The position numbers were made by a program, and so were the translations under genes. Below are positions 11,165-21,306 of a DNA stretch of 64,000 bases, piece by piece. Position 1 is the first letter of the stretch; every line of letters starts with the position of its first letter. The notes below the pieces were generated by a model. The model did not search any database, had not been told where the DNA came from, and saw nothing but the letters and a program-made list of their open reading frames with translations. Source of the DNA: Histomonas meleagridis 2922-C6/04-290x (Eukaryota; Protista; Parabasalia); the NCBI GenBank assembly GCA_020184695.1, contig JAANOX010000069.1:62001-126000 (forward strand), given 5' to 3'.

Positions 11165-11524
11165 AATTGTTTTTTGCTACAGACAAACCTTGTCAATTTT
11201 AGTCGCAAAAATTGTGTGAGAAAGGCGGGGAATTCCCCGTAGGGTTTGAAAATGTGATATGAAAAAATTGTTCTGACCATTCATCATCAACACCTTTTCT
11301 CGTTACCTCTTTTATAAACTTTTTTAGACATTTTCGTTTTTTTAATCATTTTATCTCTCTCTTTCAAACATCTTTGGTTCACTTAATAACATAATTTTAT
11401 CATCAAAATCTGACGTTTTGCTCCATCTATTTTTTATCTCACAAATTTAATTACAGTAAAATGACATCTAAATTATTTTTTTGCTTCTAAAATTGACAAG
11501 GTTTGTCTGTAGCAAAAAACAATT
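11165..11524. mobile_element. MITE-like element: 38-bp perfect inverted repeats flanking about 285 bp of non-coding DNA
   Basis: aattgttttttgctacagacaaaccttgtcaattttag (11165-11202) is the exact reverse complement of 11487-11524. No TSD was identified. Confidence 0.5.
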
Positions 11525-12061
11525 TCCCAAACATATTTTAGTGATACTTTCTAACGTTCTCTTAAATTGAAGAATCTTTGAGAGATACTTTATTTAATTA
11601 TTTCAAAGTTTATTTTCCCATTAAACATATTGTAAAATTATTGATTTTATTTAAAAAAAAATGTTTCATTACTTATTTTTTATGTAAAAGATGTTAATGT
11701 TCAAAATGATGACTTCTTATTCTATATAAAAACAGAAAGAAAATCATTTAAACAACAATTGGTATCATGTTTTTTATCATAATCTAATCTTCTGATAAGT
11801 TATGGTGGTATAATTGGAAGGTTCGAATTGGATTTACTCTTTTTTACCCATTCATCATTTTTGACAGTTTGAGGGTTTTCTGACAACTTTAATCGTGAAG
11901 CCTTCTGCTTTCAAAGATCTACTTTATTGTTGAACAAAAGATTCTGCAAGTAGGCTTTGGGTTACATTAAATGTTGTAATAATTGTTTGTCTGATTTTAC
12001 CTATTTTTATGAAATATTCTAATGCACTAAAGAAGAACAAAAAAATTGTGATTCCAAATTT

Positions 12062-12712
12062 TTAATCTTTGGCTTCGTGTACTTTGATGACATCTGGTTG
12101 TGGTTCACGAGGACCTGTAATTCCTTGTGGATCGTGTGCCAACATAATGAGAACACGGATACCAACAACGGCTTGCTTCATTGGGATATGACCTACAGCC
12201 TTTAATACGTACTTTTGTGAAACATCACCACTCTTAACCATATAACCTTCACGGAATTTCATAGCAGCAGCACGAGCTGACCTCATCTTACCTGAGATAA
12301 CGACTTCGCAACCACGTGCGCCTGCGTCCATAACAAAGCGGATGATGGAATAAGCAGCACGACGAGCTGGGATACGGTTGACAAGCTTGAAACGAAGAGA
12401 TTCGAGTTGGTTAAGGGCGGAAAGACCACGGCGTTGGATACGATCGATGAAGATTTCAAGTTGGTCATCCTTGATGTGCCATCTCTTTAAGACCATCATA
12501 CGGATTTCTTGAAGGCGGCGTCCATTGTTATCAACAAAAAGTTTTGTATTAGAAGCCTTGATGATGATTTCTGTACGGGATGGTGTTGTACGAACTTCGC
12601 AGCCACCATAACCATCAGCAGCTAATTCACGTGTGAACAATTCGTTAAGTTCAGCATAGAAAAGGCCTGTTTCGATAATGCGGCGTACCTTTGTGCAGCG
12701 TTGTGCCTTCAT
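12062..12712 (-). CDS. RPS3: 40S ribosomal protein S3 (uS3)
   Basis: Motifs FYAELNELFTRELAADGYGGCEVRTTP and GARGCEVVISGK, 216 aa. Confidence 0.97.
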   Translation of the reverse strand: MKAQRCTKVRRIIETGLFYAELNELFTRELAADGYGGCEVRTTPSRTEIIIKASNTKLFVDNNGRRLQEIRMMVLKRWHIKDDQLEIFIDRIQRRGLSALNQLESLRFKLVNRIPARRAAYSIIRFVMDAGARGCEVVISGKMRSARAAAMKFREGYMVKSGDVSQKYVLKAVGHIPMKQAVVGIRVLIMLAHDPQGITGPREPQPDVIKVHEAKD

Positions 12713-12716
12713 CTAA

Positions 12717-12741
12717 AAGGCTGACCAAAACCGCCAAAAAG
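12717..12741 (-). promoter_or_regulatory. Ribosomal-protein core promoter motif (M3-like GGCGGTT + M5-like CCTT)
   Basis: ctttttggcggttttggtcagcctt lies just before the RPS3 ATG and is 21/25 identical to the motif before RPLP2. Confidence 0.65.
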
Positions 12742-13161
12742 CACACAAATTATACACGACCGTTTAAAAGTGCAATATCGATTAGAACGCAAAATAAATT
12801 TTTAAATATTTGACTTTAATAAAAAAAATTTTGTCTTCGTGAGGTTCTTAAATTTTATTTGCATGTAGAAGCATCTTTTTTTTTTTTTTTGTTTTAATAT
12901 CTTGTAGAGATGCATCTGATAATAATATTTCAACAATTGAGAACTTCTTAATAATATTATTGTAGTGAAACTGTAACGAAATAAAATATTAAGTGCTGAA
13001 ATTAATGTTCTAAAATGTTCTTCAGAAGTAAAACAGGGATAGATTTTATAAAAACCGTTTATGACTTTTGTAATGCAATGGTTGGTCAAGTTATTCAATG
13101 GATTTGAATGCAACCGATCAATTTGCATCGAAATTTTATCTTTTAGTTTCAAAGGAAACAG

Positions 13162-14124
13162 ATGTTTGCTGTTGTTTCGAGCGGAACAGATAACAGTGGT
13201 ATAAATGGAGCAATCCGTGCAATAGTAAGAACTGCAGCTGCTCATAACGCTCATATTACTGGGATTCGTTGGGGATTTCAAGGACTACTTCAAAACCAAA
13301 TGTCAATACTAACAAGCAGAGACGTCTCTGGGAAAATCGGGAAAGCAGGATGTTTCCTTGGAACAGCTAAGCTACAAGGAATTCTTACTAATCAGGAAAT
13401 GGATAAAGCAATTAAAGTATTAAAGAAGAAAAAAATTACAGGTCTGATTGTGATTGGTGGATTACACTCATTAAAAGAATCCAGAAAATTCATCAATCAT
13501 GGTATCCAAGTAATTGGAATTCCATCAACAATTCAAGATGATATTAATGGAACTGATATTTCTCTTGGTGTTGATTCAGCCGTTAACAATGTTATGAAGT
13601 GTGTTGATAGAATTAGAGGAAGCTCATCCTCTCGTGAACGTACATTTCTTGTTCAAGTTGAAGGACGTGAATGTGGAATGCTTGCTGTACGTTCATCCCT
13701 TGTTACTGGAGCTGATTTTTGTATGATTCCTGAAAGGCCATGTTCTGATATGTCACGATTATCACAACGAATGGCGGAATTTAGTATGCGAGGGAAAAAC
13801 CAATGCATCACCATTGTTTCATCCGGGTGGAAACCAGGAATAGACTCCCTCGAAGAGTACCTTTCCGAGCATGAGAAGGATACTGATTTACTTGTCAGGA
13901 AAACGGTTTTAGGTTATGTGCAACGCGGGGGTGCCCCAACCGGCTACGATAGGATTCTTGGAACAGAAATGGGACATCTCTCAGTGATTGAATTACTTCA
14001 AGGACAAACAGGGAAAATGATCGCAACTAAGAATAACAAAATAGTTTCTGTTCCATTGGATGAAATTGATAAGAAGAGGGAAATTAACCCAGAGCTATTA
14101 GCAACATTCAAATTAACAAGATAA
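13162..14124 (+). CDS. Short bacterial-type (PfkA-like) 6-phosphofructokinase homolog with degenerate active site
   Basis: It is colinear with the PfkA fold (SSGTD..GINGAIRA, GCFLGTAK, VIGG, GIPSTIQDDING, VEGRECG, LGYVQRGGAP), 320 aa. Confidence 0.88.
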   Translation: MFAVVSSGTDNSGINGAIRAIVRTAAAHNAHITGIRWGFQGLLQNQMSILTSRDVSGKIGKAGCFLGTAKLQGILTNQEMDKAIKVLKKKKITGLIVIGGLHSLKESRKFINHGIQVIGIPSTIQDDINGTDISLGVDSAVNNVMKCVDRIRGSSSSRERTFLVQVEGRECGMLAVRSSLVTGADFCMIPERPCSDMSRLSQRMAEFSMRGKNQCITIVSSGWKPGIDSLEEYLSEHEKDTDLLVRKTVLGYVQRGGAPTGYDRILGTEMGHLSVIELLQGQTGKMIATKNNKIVSVPLDEIDKKREINPELLATFKLTR

Positions 14125-14404
14125 AATAAAGTAAAGTAAACAGAGGATTTTTTTTGTGGAAAAGAATAAAATTTTCTGATTATAATAATCGAATATTTGA
14201 TTTTTTGCATGTATAATATATGAAAAAAATATTTTTAATAGTCGAAAGTATCCTCAGTTTGACGAAAAATAAATTGTTATTTAACAAAACTAAATTTCAT
14301 TTAGAACAATAAATATTTTAGTTTTGTAAGACAATTATTCTTTATTCACACGAAAAACCTAATTATCTAAAACAAAATTATATATTTCATAACTCTTTAA
14401 TCAT

Positions 14405-15601
14405 TCAATCTTGTGTTTGGCGCTTCCATCTCATTATCTGATTCAATACATATTCCAGCACATGTTTTCCGGACTGTTTATCCTCTGGTAACTTCTGCAT
14501 TATGCCCAAAATTTTAGCTGCTTGCACAGTGAACTTTTCTGCGTTTCTTTGCGAAGTCCTTTGCGCCAATTGTGCCAATCTTGTTTTCGGTAATGCGAAC
14601 GCATCATCCAAATCGAACAGTTCTAATGCTGGGCCAGGCGGCTCTCTCATTTGCGGCGGATATACAGCAGGTGTCAAAGGAGGTAATGCAGTATCAAACT
14701 GTGGCTCAACTATTTCTAATGGCTCATTCTTTAATCCTAAAAGATTCGACATGTTTTGTGATTCTGTCACAAATGACATATCCATACGGAAAAGTCCAGT
14801 GTCAAAATTTTCTTGGAATTCATTTCGAAGCTTTTCAGGCTCTTGGATACATGAACGAAGATGATTACTCATGCATAGAACATCTGGTGAATACCAACGT
14901 TCTGTAACTTCGGGATGATCGGCATCGATTTGATTTATTTGTTCACTTTTTGTAAGCGAAATTTCAATGAGATAACGAAGAAGAATTTCGTTGTTCTCTT
15001 TGGGAAGCCATTCGTCGTTGAAGATGTGTGGTGAACCACATACTGTGAGTGTGCCTTTTTGTTGGCCAACAGTAGCAAATGATAGAATTGGTTGATTGAG
15101 TGGATATGATATTTGACCAGATGTTATAATGGGAACTGATGGCTTCTTACAATCAAGTGTGCAACCATCAGGAAATGCAAAAGTTATGTCTTGGTTCTTA
15201 GCAAAAAGTGTGAGACCTCGATTAACAACACCGCTTTGTACAGCTATAACTTTTGGATCAACATATGTTGTGTATGCTGGAGAAATAACTTGATCTAAAA
15301 TGGTAACACCAAATTTCTTGAGAAATGATGTGAAAACTGGTGGGAATTTTGATCCAAAAATTAAAATTGAACCGCCGCTTCGAAGAAATCTTTCGAGGTC
15401 TGATGATTCGTTTTCAGTTAAGTCTCGTTGTGGGCCAAAAAACCATATTGCTTTTGCATTTTGAAGAACTTCCATTGTAATTGGACCTTTGTGTTGTTTC
15501 GTTTCTGTTTTGGATGAAACAGTTGCATCAAATTTGGTTAGCTTTTTTGTTTTGGAATATATTTCATGCTTTCCAGCGTCAATCAGAGAAACTAAAGACA
15601 T
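14405..15601 (-). CDS. IFT52: Intraflagellar transport protein 52
   Basis: GIFT-domain motifs FAFPDGCTL and SYPLNQPI, plus PQFDTALPPLTPAVYPPQMREPPGPALELFDLDDAF and LAQLAQR. Confidence 0.93.
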   Translation of the reverse strand: MSLVSLIDAGKHEIYSKTKKLTKFDATVSSKTETKQHKGPITMEVLQNAKAIWFFGPQRDLTENESSDLERFLRSGGSILIFGSKFPPVFTSFLKKFGVTILDQVISPAYTTYVDPKVIAVQSGVVNRGLTLFAKNQDITFAFPDGCTLDCKKPSVPIITSGQISYPLNQPILSFATVGQQKGTLTVCGSPHIFNDEWLPKENNEILLRYLIEISLTKSEQINQIDADHPEVTERWYSPDVLCMSNHLRSCIQEPEKLRNEFQENFDTGLFRMDMSFVTESQNMSNLLGLKNEPLEIVEPQFDTALPPLTPAVYPPQMREPPGPALELFDLDDAFALPKTRLAQLAQRTSQRNAEKFTVQAAKILGIMQKLPEDKQSGKHVLEYVLNQIMRWKRQTQD

Positions 15602-15671
15602 TGGAATTGAACGTTAAATATTAGCAAACGTATTTTGTCACTTTTATTTAGACGTTTACCGAACAATAAAA

Positions 15672-16535
15672 ATGAGAAACAGCTCAACACCAAAATTTGC
15701 GAAGACACGTCGAAATATTGCTAACATAGAAGAGCCATATTGGCTTAGGAAATGCGAATATTCTTTTTTACGAACAGGAAAACTTAATTTATCAAATACA
15801 AATCAAATAAACTTATCAGCAATTAAAACTCGATCTTCATTAAAAGAACTTAATATTTCAAGATGTAAAATAGATTCTTTGGCGGGACTTTCTCGTCAGC
15901 CAAACATTTATGTTTTTAATGCAGAACAATCTAATCTTTCATCATTTAAAAATTTTAGTTCTATTTCTAATGCCAAAAAATTTAACCTTCAAGGCACACC
16001 ACTTTCTCAAATTCCACATTATATTGTTGGGCTTTTACTTTTTACAAATCAAGATATAATAGTTAATGGGAGACAAGTATCATCTAGCAATAAAAAGAAA
16101 GCGCTTGAATATCCAAGTGTTGTCAGAGAGCTTCTTGACAAAGGTTGGACTTTTCAATATCCATGTCCAACAAATTCAGAATTAGAAAATATTTGCAAAG
16201 AATTCGGAATTGAATATACAAATGAAGAAAACGACGAAAGCGATGAATCAGTTAATAATATAACTATAACTAAAGATTCAGACATAATTGAAACAAATAA
16301 TTATTTGAGTCAAATCGATGAATTAATGAATGAACATGAATCATTGATCGAAAAGTATTCCGAATATTTCGTTTTATCTGATGAGGAAGCTGTTCTAAAC
16401 GATAAAGATGAAGAATTTGAAAGATCAATTCGTGAATTACTTGAAGAGAAATGTAATTGTCATTTTGTGGATGGAACTAATGTTGAAACACAAATTCTTT
16501 CAATTGTTTCTGATTTATGTAAAAAACATAAATAA
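15672..16535 (+). CDS. Leucine-rich-repeat protein with acidic C-terminus
   Basis: LxxLxLxxxxI repeats (LKELNISRCKIDSLAGL, FNLQGTPL). It is divergent from IFT52 across about 70 bp containing TCACTTTT. Confidence 0.65.
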   Translation: MRNSSTPKFAKTRRNIANIEEPYWLRKCEYSFLRTGKLNLSNTNQINLSAIKTRSSLKELNISRCKIDSLAGLSRQPNIYVFNAEQSNLSSFKNFSSISNAKKFNLQGTPLSQIPHYIVGLLLFTNQDIIVNGRQVSSSNKKKALEYPSVVRELLDKGWTFQYPCPTNSELENICKEFGIEYTNEENDESDESVNNITITKDSDIIETNNYLSQIDELMNEHESLIEKYSEYFVLSDEEAVLNDKDEEFERSIRELLEEKCNCHFVDGTNVETQILSIVSDLCKKHK

Positions 16536-16986
16536 TAATTTAATAAATTTTCTTATATTAAAATATAAAATTTAAAATATATGTATTTTATCTTTATTTT
16601 GTTTAAAGAACGTAAAAGAAAGAGAATGACTATGAAAATTTTGTGATTATCAAAAATATTTCATAAAATTATTATAAACTTTCATTGAATGACTAGAAAC
16701 TTCACAAGAAATTAATTAATCAAAATGAAATTTTGCAGAATATATTATTATATAGTATTTTTTGAATCTATTACATGTTATTTATATTTACTTTTGAGCG
16801 ACTTCAAAACAGAACAAATAAGTAAAAGTTCCCATTCAGGCTGAAATATTGAATCACTCGTTTCTATTAATAGAAATAACAACATGCTTTTTAGAAAGTT
16901 AAAAATCATTAATATTAAAGTATTTTTTTCCGATATATAAAGCATATTTCGTATTCATTCAATGTTTGAAATAAAACGCATTTAAG

Positions 16987-17250
16987 TTATCACTTTTATC
17001 CATTTCTGTGAACAATTTGCTCATGTAAAATTGAAACATCATTAATATTAACACAATTCATTCACAATATATTTATTATTCATTCACTGTCTGAAACAAA
17101 ACTCATTAAAATTATCACTTTCATTCATTCATGAAACGATTTGCTCATGTAAAAATCAAACATCATTAATATTAACACAATTCATGCACAATGTATTTAT
17201 TATTCATTCACTGTCCGAAACAAGCACTTCAAATTATCACTTTTATTCAT
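16987..17250. repeat. About 123-bp imperfect tandem repeat (2.1 copies) at the 3' end of the HEAT gene
   Basis: ttatcactt...tttgctcatgtaaaa...cattaatattaacacaattcat recurs with unit starts at 16987, 17112 and 17234. Confidence 0.8.
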
Positions 17251-18811
17251 TTTTATTACTATATTTTTCCTTCACAAATTTCGCCAGCTCCATCACGTTC
17301 GGGCATTTGTCATCTTCGAACCTCTCCAGCTCCGCCATTAGCGCCTCCTTTTTCTCCTTATTGCTTCCGTTCTCGTCCAGCATTGTCTCTATGACCACAA
17401 TCGCAGCCTGCCTCTCTCTGAATGTATTGCTGCACGCCATCTTCTGGTAGAACAGCGGCATTTTCATCTCTTCGTCGTCCATTTTCTTCACTGCGAACAA
17501 TGTCAACTGTTCGACAGCGACTTTTCGCACGTGTTCAGCCTCGTCATCGATCAAACTTTCGCAAACCTTTTCGAGACTTTGTATCAGTTCGATGTCGTTC
17601 ACCATTTCCGTTATGCTCGAGAACAGTTTCACGATTCCTTCTCGAACGCGCCAAGCTGTGTCATGCGAAAGCTCATTGATTAGTTCGATGAGTTTCGGCT
17701 CCATAATGTGTATGAAGTATTGCGACTTTTGGTTGATGACAGTGGTGATGAAATAGAGTTTGAGCTCCGACGTTTGGCGTGTGATTATGTCTTTAACAAA
17801 CAATTGGAAGTAACTATCGAACTTACTGATGTCGACGTGCTGCGCGATTTGGAATATGATGTCGCTCGACGCAATCTTTAAGGTGAGTTGCGGATATCGG
17901 CAGATCTCAATCAGATTTGTAAAAAGTTTGGGATAATCAATCCGAACTGTCGGAGAAATGCGCTGGAAGAGAATACGAAGCGAACGAAGCGATTGGAGCT
18001 TCACTTGCCAACATGGATCGCAGATTAATACAAGAGCATATTCAATAGCTTTGTCATGATCAAGAGTATGGATGAGTTCACTGGACAACGCTGCTCGGAT
18101 GGACCAATCGAAGTCACTGTAAAGGCGATTGATCAATGTTCGATAGTAATATGATTTGGAAGAACATAATGATGGTATTAAACATCGTATACGTGGATTG
18201 GCATCGTCAATTAAAAGCAGTGATAACTTTTCAGAGACAGAATCATCGAGTTTCTTTAAAAGCTGAGCTGTTTCATACCGAACTTCAAATGAGCGATCAA
18301 GTGAAAGCTTGGTAAGAAAAATAAGTTGGGATTCATTGGATTTAATAACCTTTAGAATGACTTTGGGTATAAAAGATCGGACACAGTCATACTTTGAATG
18401 GAATAGTTTGGAAATAAAATCAATATCTTCTTCGCAATCACTATGATTTACAATATCTGCCATTTTTTGAAGATAAGTTGGGTCACCTGTAGATAAAATT
18501 GCTTCTATTAATGGAAAAACTGATGATAATGAATTTGAAGACTTAATTATAGATGGAAATTTAGAAACTACTTCAGAAGTTATTGTTTTGTTGTTTTGTG
18601 GGATCCATGCTGTTAGAAAAGGAATGAAATATTGGTTTATCCATTCCGGAGAAAAAGCTTTAACAATTTTTGGTATTCCTTTGACAAATCGCATTTGTTT
18701 ATCTGGGTCTGAGTCTTGTGAATGCTTAAAGTATCTTCTGACGTCTGATAATTCCAATTTTCCCATTTTGAGCTTGGTGTTAAAACCGTTTGTAAAATTT
18801 AAAGTTTTCAA
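17243..18811 (-). CDS. HEAT-repeat protein, PP2A scaffold A subunit-like
   Basis: Repeated HEAT signatures (DRSFEVRYETA, DFDWSIRAAL, DPCWQVK, DTAWRVREG, DEAEHVRKVA, FRERQAA). Confidence 0.75.
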   Translation of the reverse strand: MKTLNFTNGFNTKLKMGKLELSDVRRYFKHSQDSDPDKQMRFVKGIPKIVKAFSPEWINQYFIPFLTAWIPQNNKTITSEVVSKFPSIIKSSNSLSSVFPLIEAILSTGDPTYLQKMADIVNHSDCEEDIDFISKLFHSKYDCVRSFIPKVILKVIKSNESQLIFLTKLSLDRSFEVRYETAQLLKKLDDSVSEKLSLLLIDDANPRIRCLIPSLCSSKSYYYRTLINRLYSDFDWSIRAALSSELIHTLDHDKAIEYALVLICDPCWQVKLQSLRSLRILFQRISPTVRIDYPKLFTNLIEICRYPQLTLKIASSDIIFQIAQHVDISKFDSYFQLFVKDIITRQTSELKLYFITTVINQKSQYFIHIMEPKLIELINELSHDTAWRVREGIVKLFSSITEMVNDIELIQSLEKVCESLIDDEAEHVRKVAVEQLTLFAVKKMDDEEMKMPLFYQKMACSNTFRERQAAIVVIETMLDENGSNKEKKEALMAELERFEDDKCPNVMELAKFVKEKYSNKNE

Positions 18812-19532
18812 TTATCAAAACTTGACAAATATTTTTGTGTAAGTCAAAAACCCGCTTAAAAACAAAAAAATTATTCATCCACTATCATTATTAATAAATT
18901 CATACCGCTAAATTCCATTATCAATAATTATTCATATAGAACACATTAATCCTATGCAATTTTTTTTTTTAACATTAAATTTATTCCTCTAAAATATTTC
19001 AATAATTGTAGAAGTACATCAAATTACTTAACATAACAAACCATTACAATTATTGTAAAAGATGGAATGAAGAAAAAAGCATACAATGATTGTTGCATTC
19101 ATAAATTCGCTTTTTTCTTTGTTAATTCACGAAATTTTGTTTACTTCTTACTTTTTTATAAATTTCATTAAAATGAACATCTTTGGAAATAAATTATTTG
19201 TCTTAACATTGGTTTAAAAGTGTTTAAATATTTCCATACGTTTAATTTATGTGATTTTTTTTACTATTAAACAATGATGTTTAAATTCAAAAAATGGTTT
19301 GATTGACTATATTAATTCAATATAAAACCAAAAAAATTGTTTAATAAAATTGAATATGAACATTGTGTTTTACTGAGTCCTTTGATAATTGAATGTATTG
19401 GTGAATACAAAGCTTTTGTATTTTATTATATTTTATGAATTGCATGATTGAAGAACAATTTCAATCGGAATTCAATGGAAAACTTATTATTATGAAATGT
19501 TACAATTCAACTGAATTATTTCACACTATTAT

Positions 19533-20729
19533 ATGCCAATGATTGATGATGATTATGATAAAACTTCTAAAGAGTTTACTAATGAAGGGGGTTCAAATGA
19601 ATGGAAATACAAAGCATTATTCTTCTTACTTGGGAATGCATCTTTATTAAACTTTAACATTTTGATAAATGCTGTTGATATATTCAACTTAATATGTAAG
19701 AGAACTGATATGGGAATGGTTCTTTGTCAAAGCTTTAGCTTCCCAAGTTCTACAATGGCATTATTATTATGTTTTATCAATCCTAAGAAATTAAAATTAG
19801 CATTAATCATTGCATTCATTGTATTATCAATATTTATCATTACATTTCCCATTTTATTATTATTGAAGACAACACCAAATTTAAACTTTTGGCTCACGGT
19901 ATCATTTGTTGTTATCAATGGAATGTTTTCACCTCTTGCATTCTCTTCATCATTTTCTTTATCAACACAATTTGATTCTAAAATTGGTGCATATACTTCA
20001 AGTGGTGTTGGTTTTGGTGGTGTTTTTGCAGCAGCTTTACGGATTATAACAAAAGCATCATTTTCTAAGCCATCCCAATTAATAGTATCATCGATGTGTT
20101 ATTTTGTTATAACTTCATTAATAATTTTAGCTACGTTAGTTTTTTTCATATTAATGTGTAAAAATCAAGACTTTAAATTGAAGTTAAAAAACATTAAAAA
20201 CTCTAAAAAGACATCAATTTGTTCAATGAAAATTTTCCAAACGTTAAAAATAATATGGGTTGAATGGTTAAGTATTTTCTTTACTTTTTTTATCACACTT
20301 TCGATTTTCCCAGGATATTTATTAAGAGTAAAAGTATTAGATTGGATTGGTGATTGGACAAGTTTAGTCATAACAACAACATTTTGTATATTTGATTGGG
20401 TTGGAAGATATTTTCCTGCTCTGATAATGTTTCCAAGACAAAAATATGCATGGATACCACATGCACTTCGGTTACTTTTCTATCCTATCTTCATGTTATC
20501 TATCCAAAGAGTTGTGAACTTGGGTGATCCGTGGTGGACGTTTGTTTGGAATATTCCATTTGCTTTATCAAATGGTTATTCATCAACAGTGTCTTTCTTG
20601 TATGGTATAAATCATAAAGATTTAACATCTGATGATCGCGCTTTCTCTGGATACTTGATGACTTTTGCAACAAATGGAGGAATTTTGATTGCAATGTTCA
20701 TGACTCTAGCAATTTCTAATTTGCCATAA
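19533..20729 (+). CDS. Equilibrative nucleoside transporter (ENT/SLC29)
   Basis: FFLLGNASLLNFN, ITLSIFPG, FDWVGRYFP and FALSNGY motifs; about 11 TM helices. Confidence 0.9.
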   Translation: MPMIDDDYDKTSKEFTNEGGSNEWKYKALFFLLGNASLLNFNILINAVDIFNLICKRTDMGMVLCQSFSFPSSTMALLLCFINPKKLKLALIIAFIVLSIFIITFPILLLLKTTPNLNFWLTVSFVVINGMFSPLAFSSSFSLSTQFDSKIGAYTSSGVGFGGVFAAALRIITKASFSKPSQLIVSSMCYFVITSLIILATLVFFILMCKNQDFKLKLKNIKNSKKTSICSMKIFQTLKIIWVEWLSIFFTFFITLSIFPGYLLRVKVLDWIGDWTSLVITTTFCIFDWVGRYFPALIMFPRQKYAWIPHALRLLFYPIFMLSIQRVVNLGDPWWTFVWNIPFALSNGYSSTVSFLYGINHKDLTSDDRAFSGYLMTFATNGGILIAMFMTLAISNLP

Positions 20730-21306
20730 TAGATTATCAAATTTTATAAAACTCAATTGAGTTTATTCTTTTTTATGATGAAATTAATTTTAATAAGATT
20801 GAAGAAAAATAAGTACCAAGAATTTTATTTATTAAATAAAATAAAGATTAGTTTTATGTAACTTTTTTGGACATTAAACCAAACATTGTTTTAAATTTTT
20901 TTTTTTAATAATATGTTTGTTTTTTCTTTTTTTATCTATTTATTTTTTATACAACATTAAGTAAATAACAATGATAACACATATCTTTATTAAAATTTGA
21001 AGATGAATTCAGTTTTTTCACGCGTTTTTATTATCAATTTTAAATTTCAACCACCTAAAATTGAAGCTTACACAGATTTCGTTCTAGAAACTGTTAAAAA
21101 AATCTTTTACATAATGTTTTTAATATGAAAGATTGTAAAAAAGAAAAAGCAAATGAATGCCAAAAGAAACAAAAAAATTCGAAAGTGTTTTTAGGGATTT
21201 TTACTCATGATCCCAAAGAGATTGGGCGATCAATTCCGCGTCCCAAAACTCCAATTTTTTGGCTTCAAAACAGTAAGTAAAAAATAAATATTTTTATTTT
21301 TAAATT

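Noticed and set aside
12802-13281. 159-aa minus-strand ORF
   Set aside because: It overlaps the PFK start antisense and includes a homopolymer-derived Lys run, with no recognisable motif.
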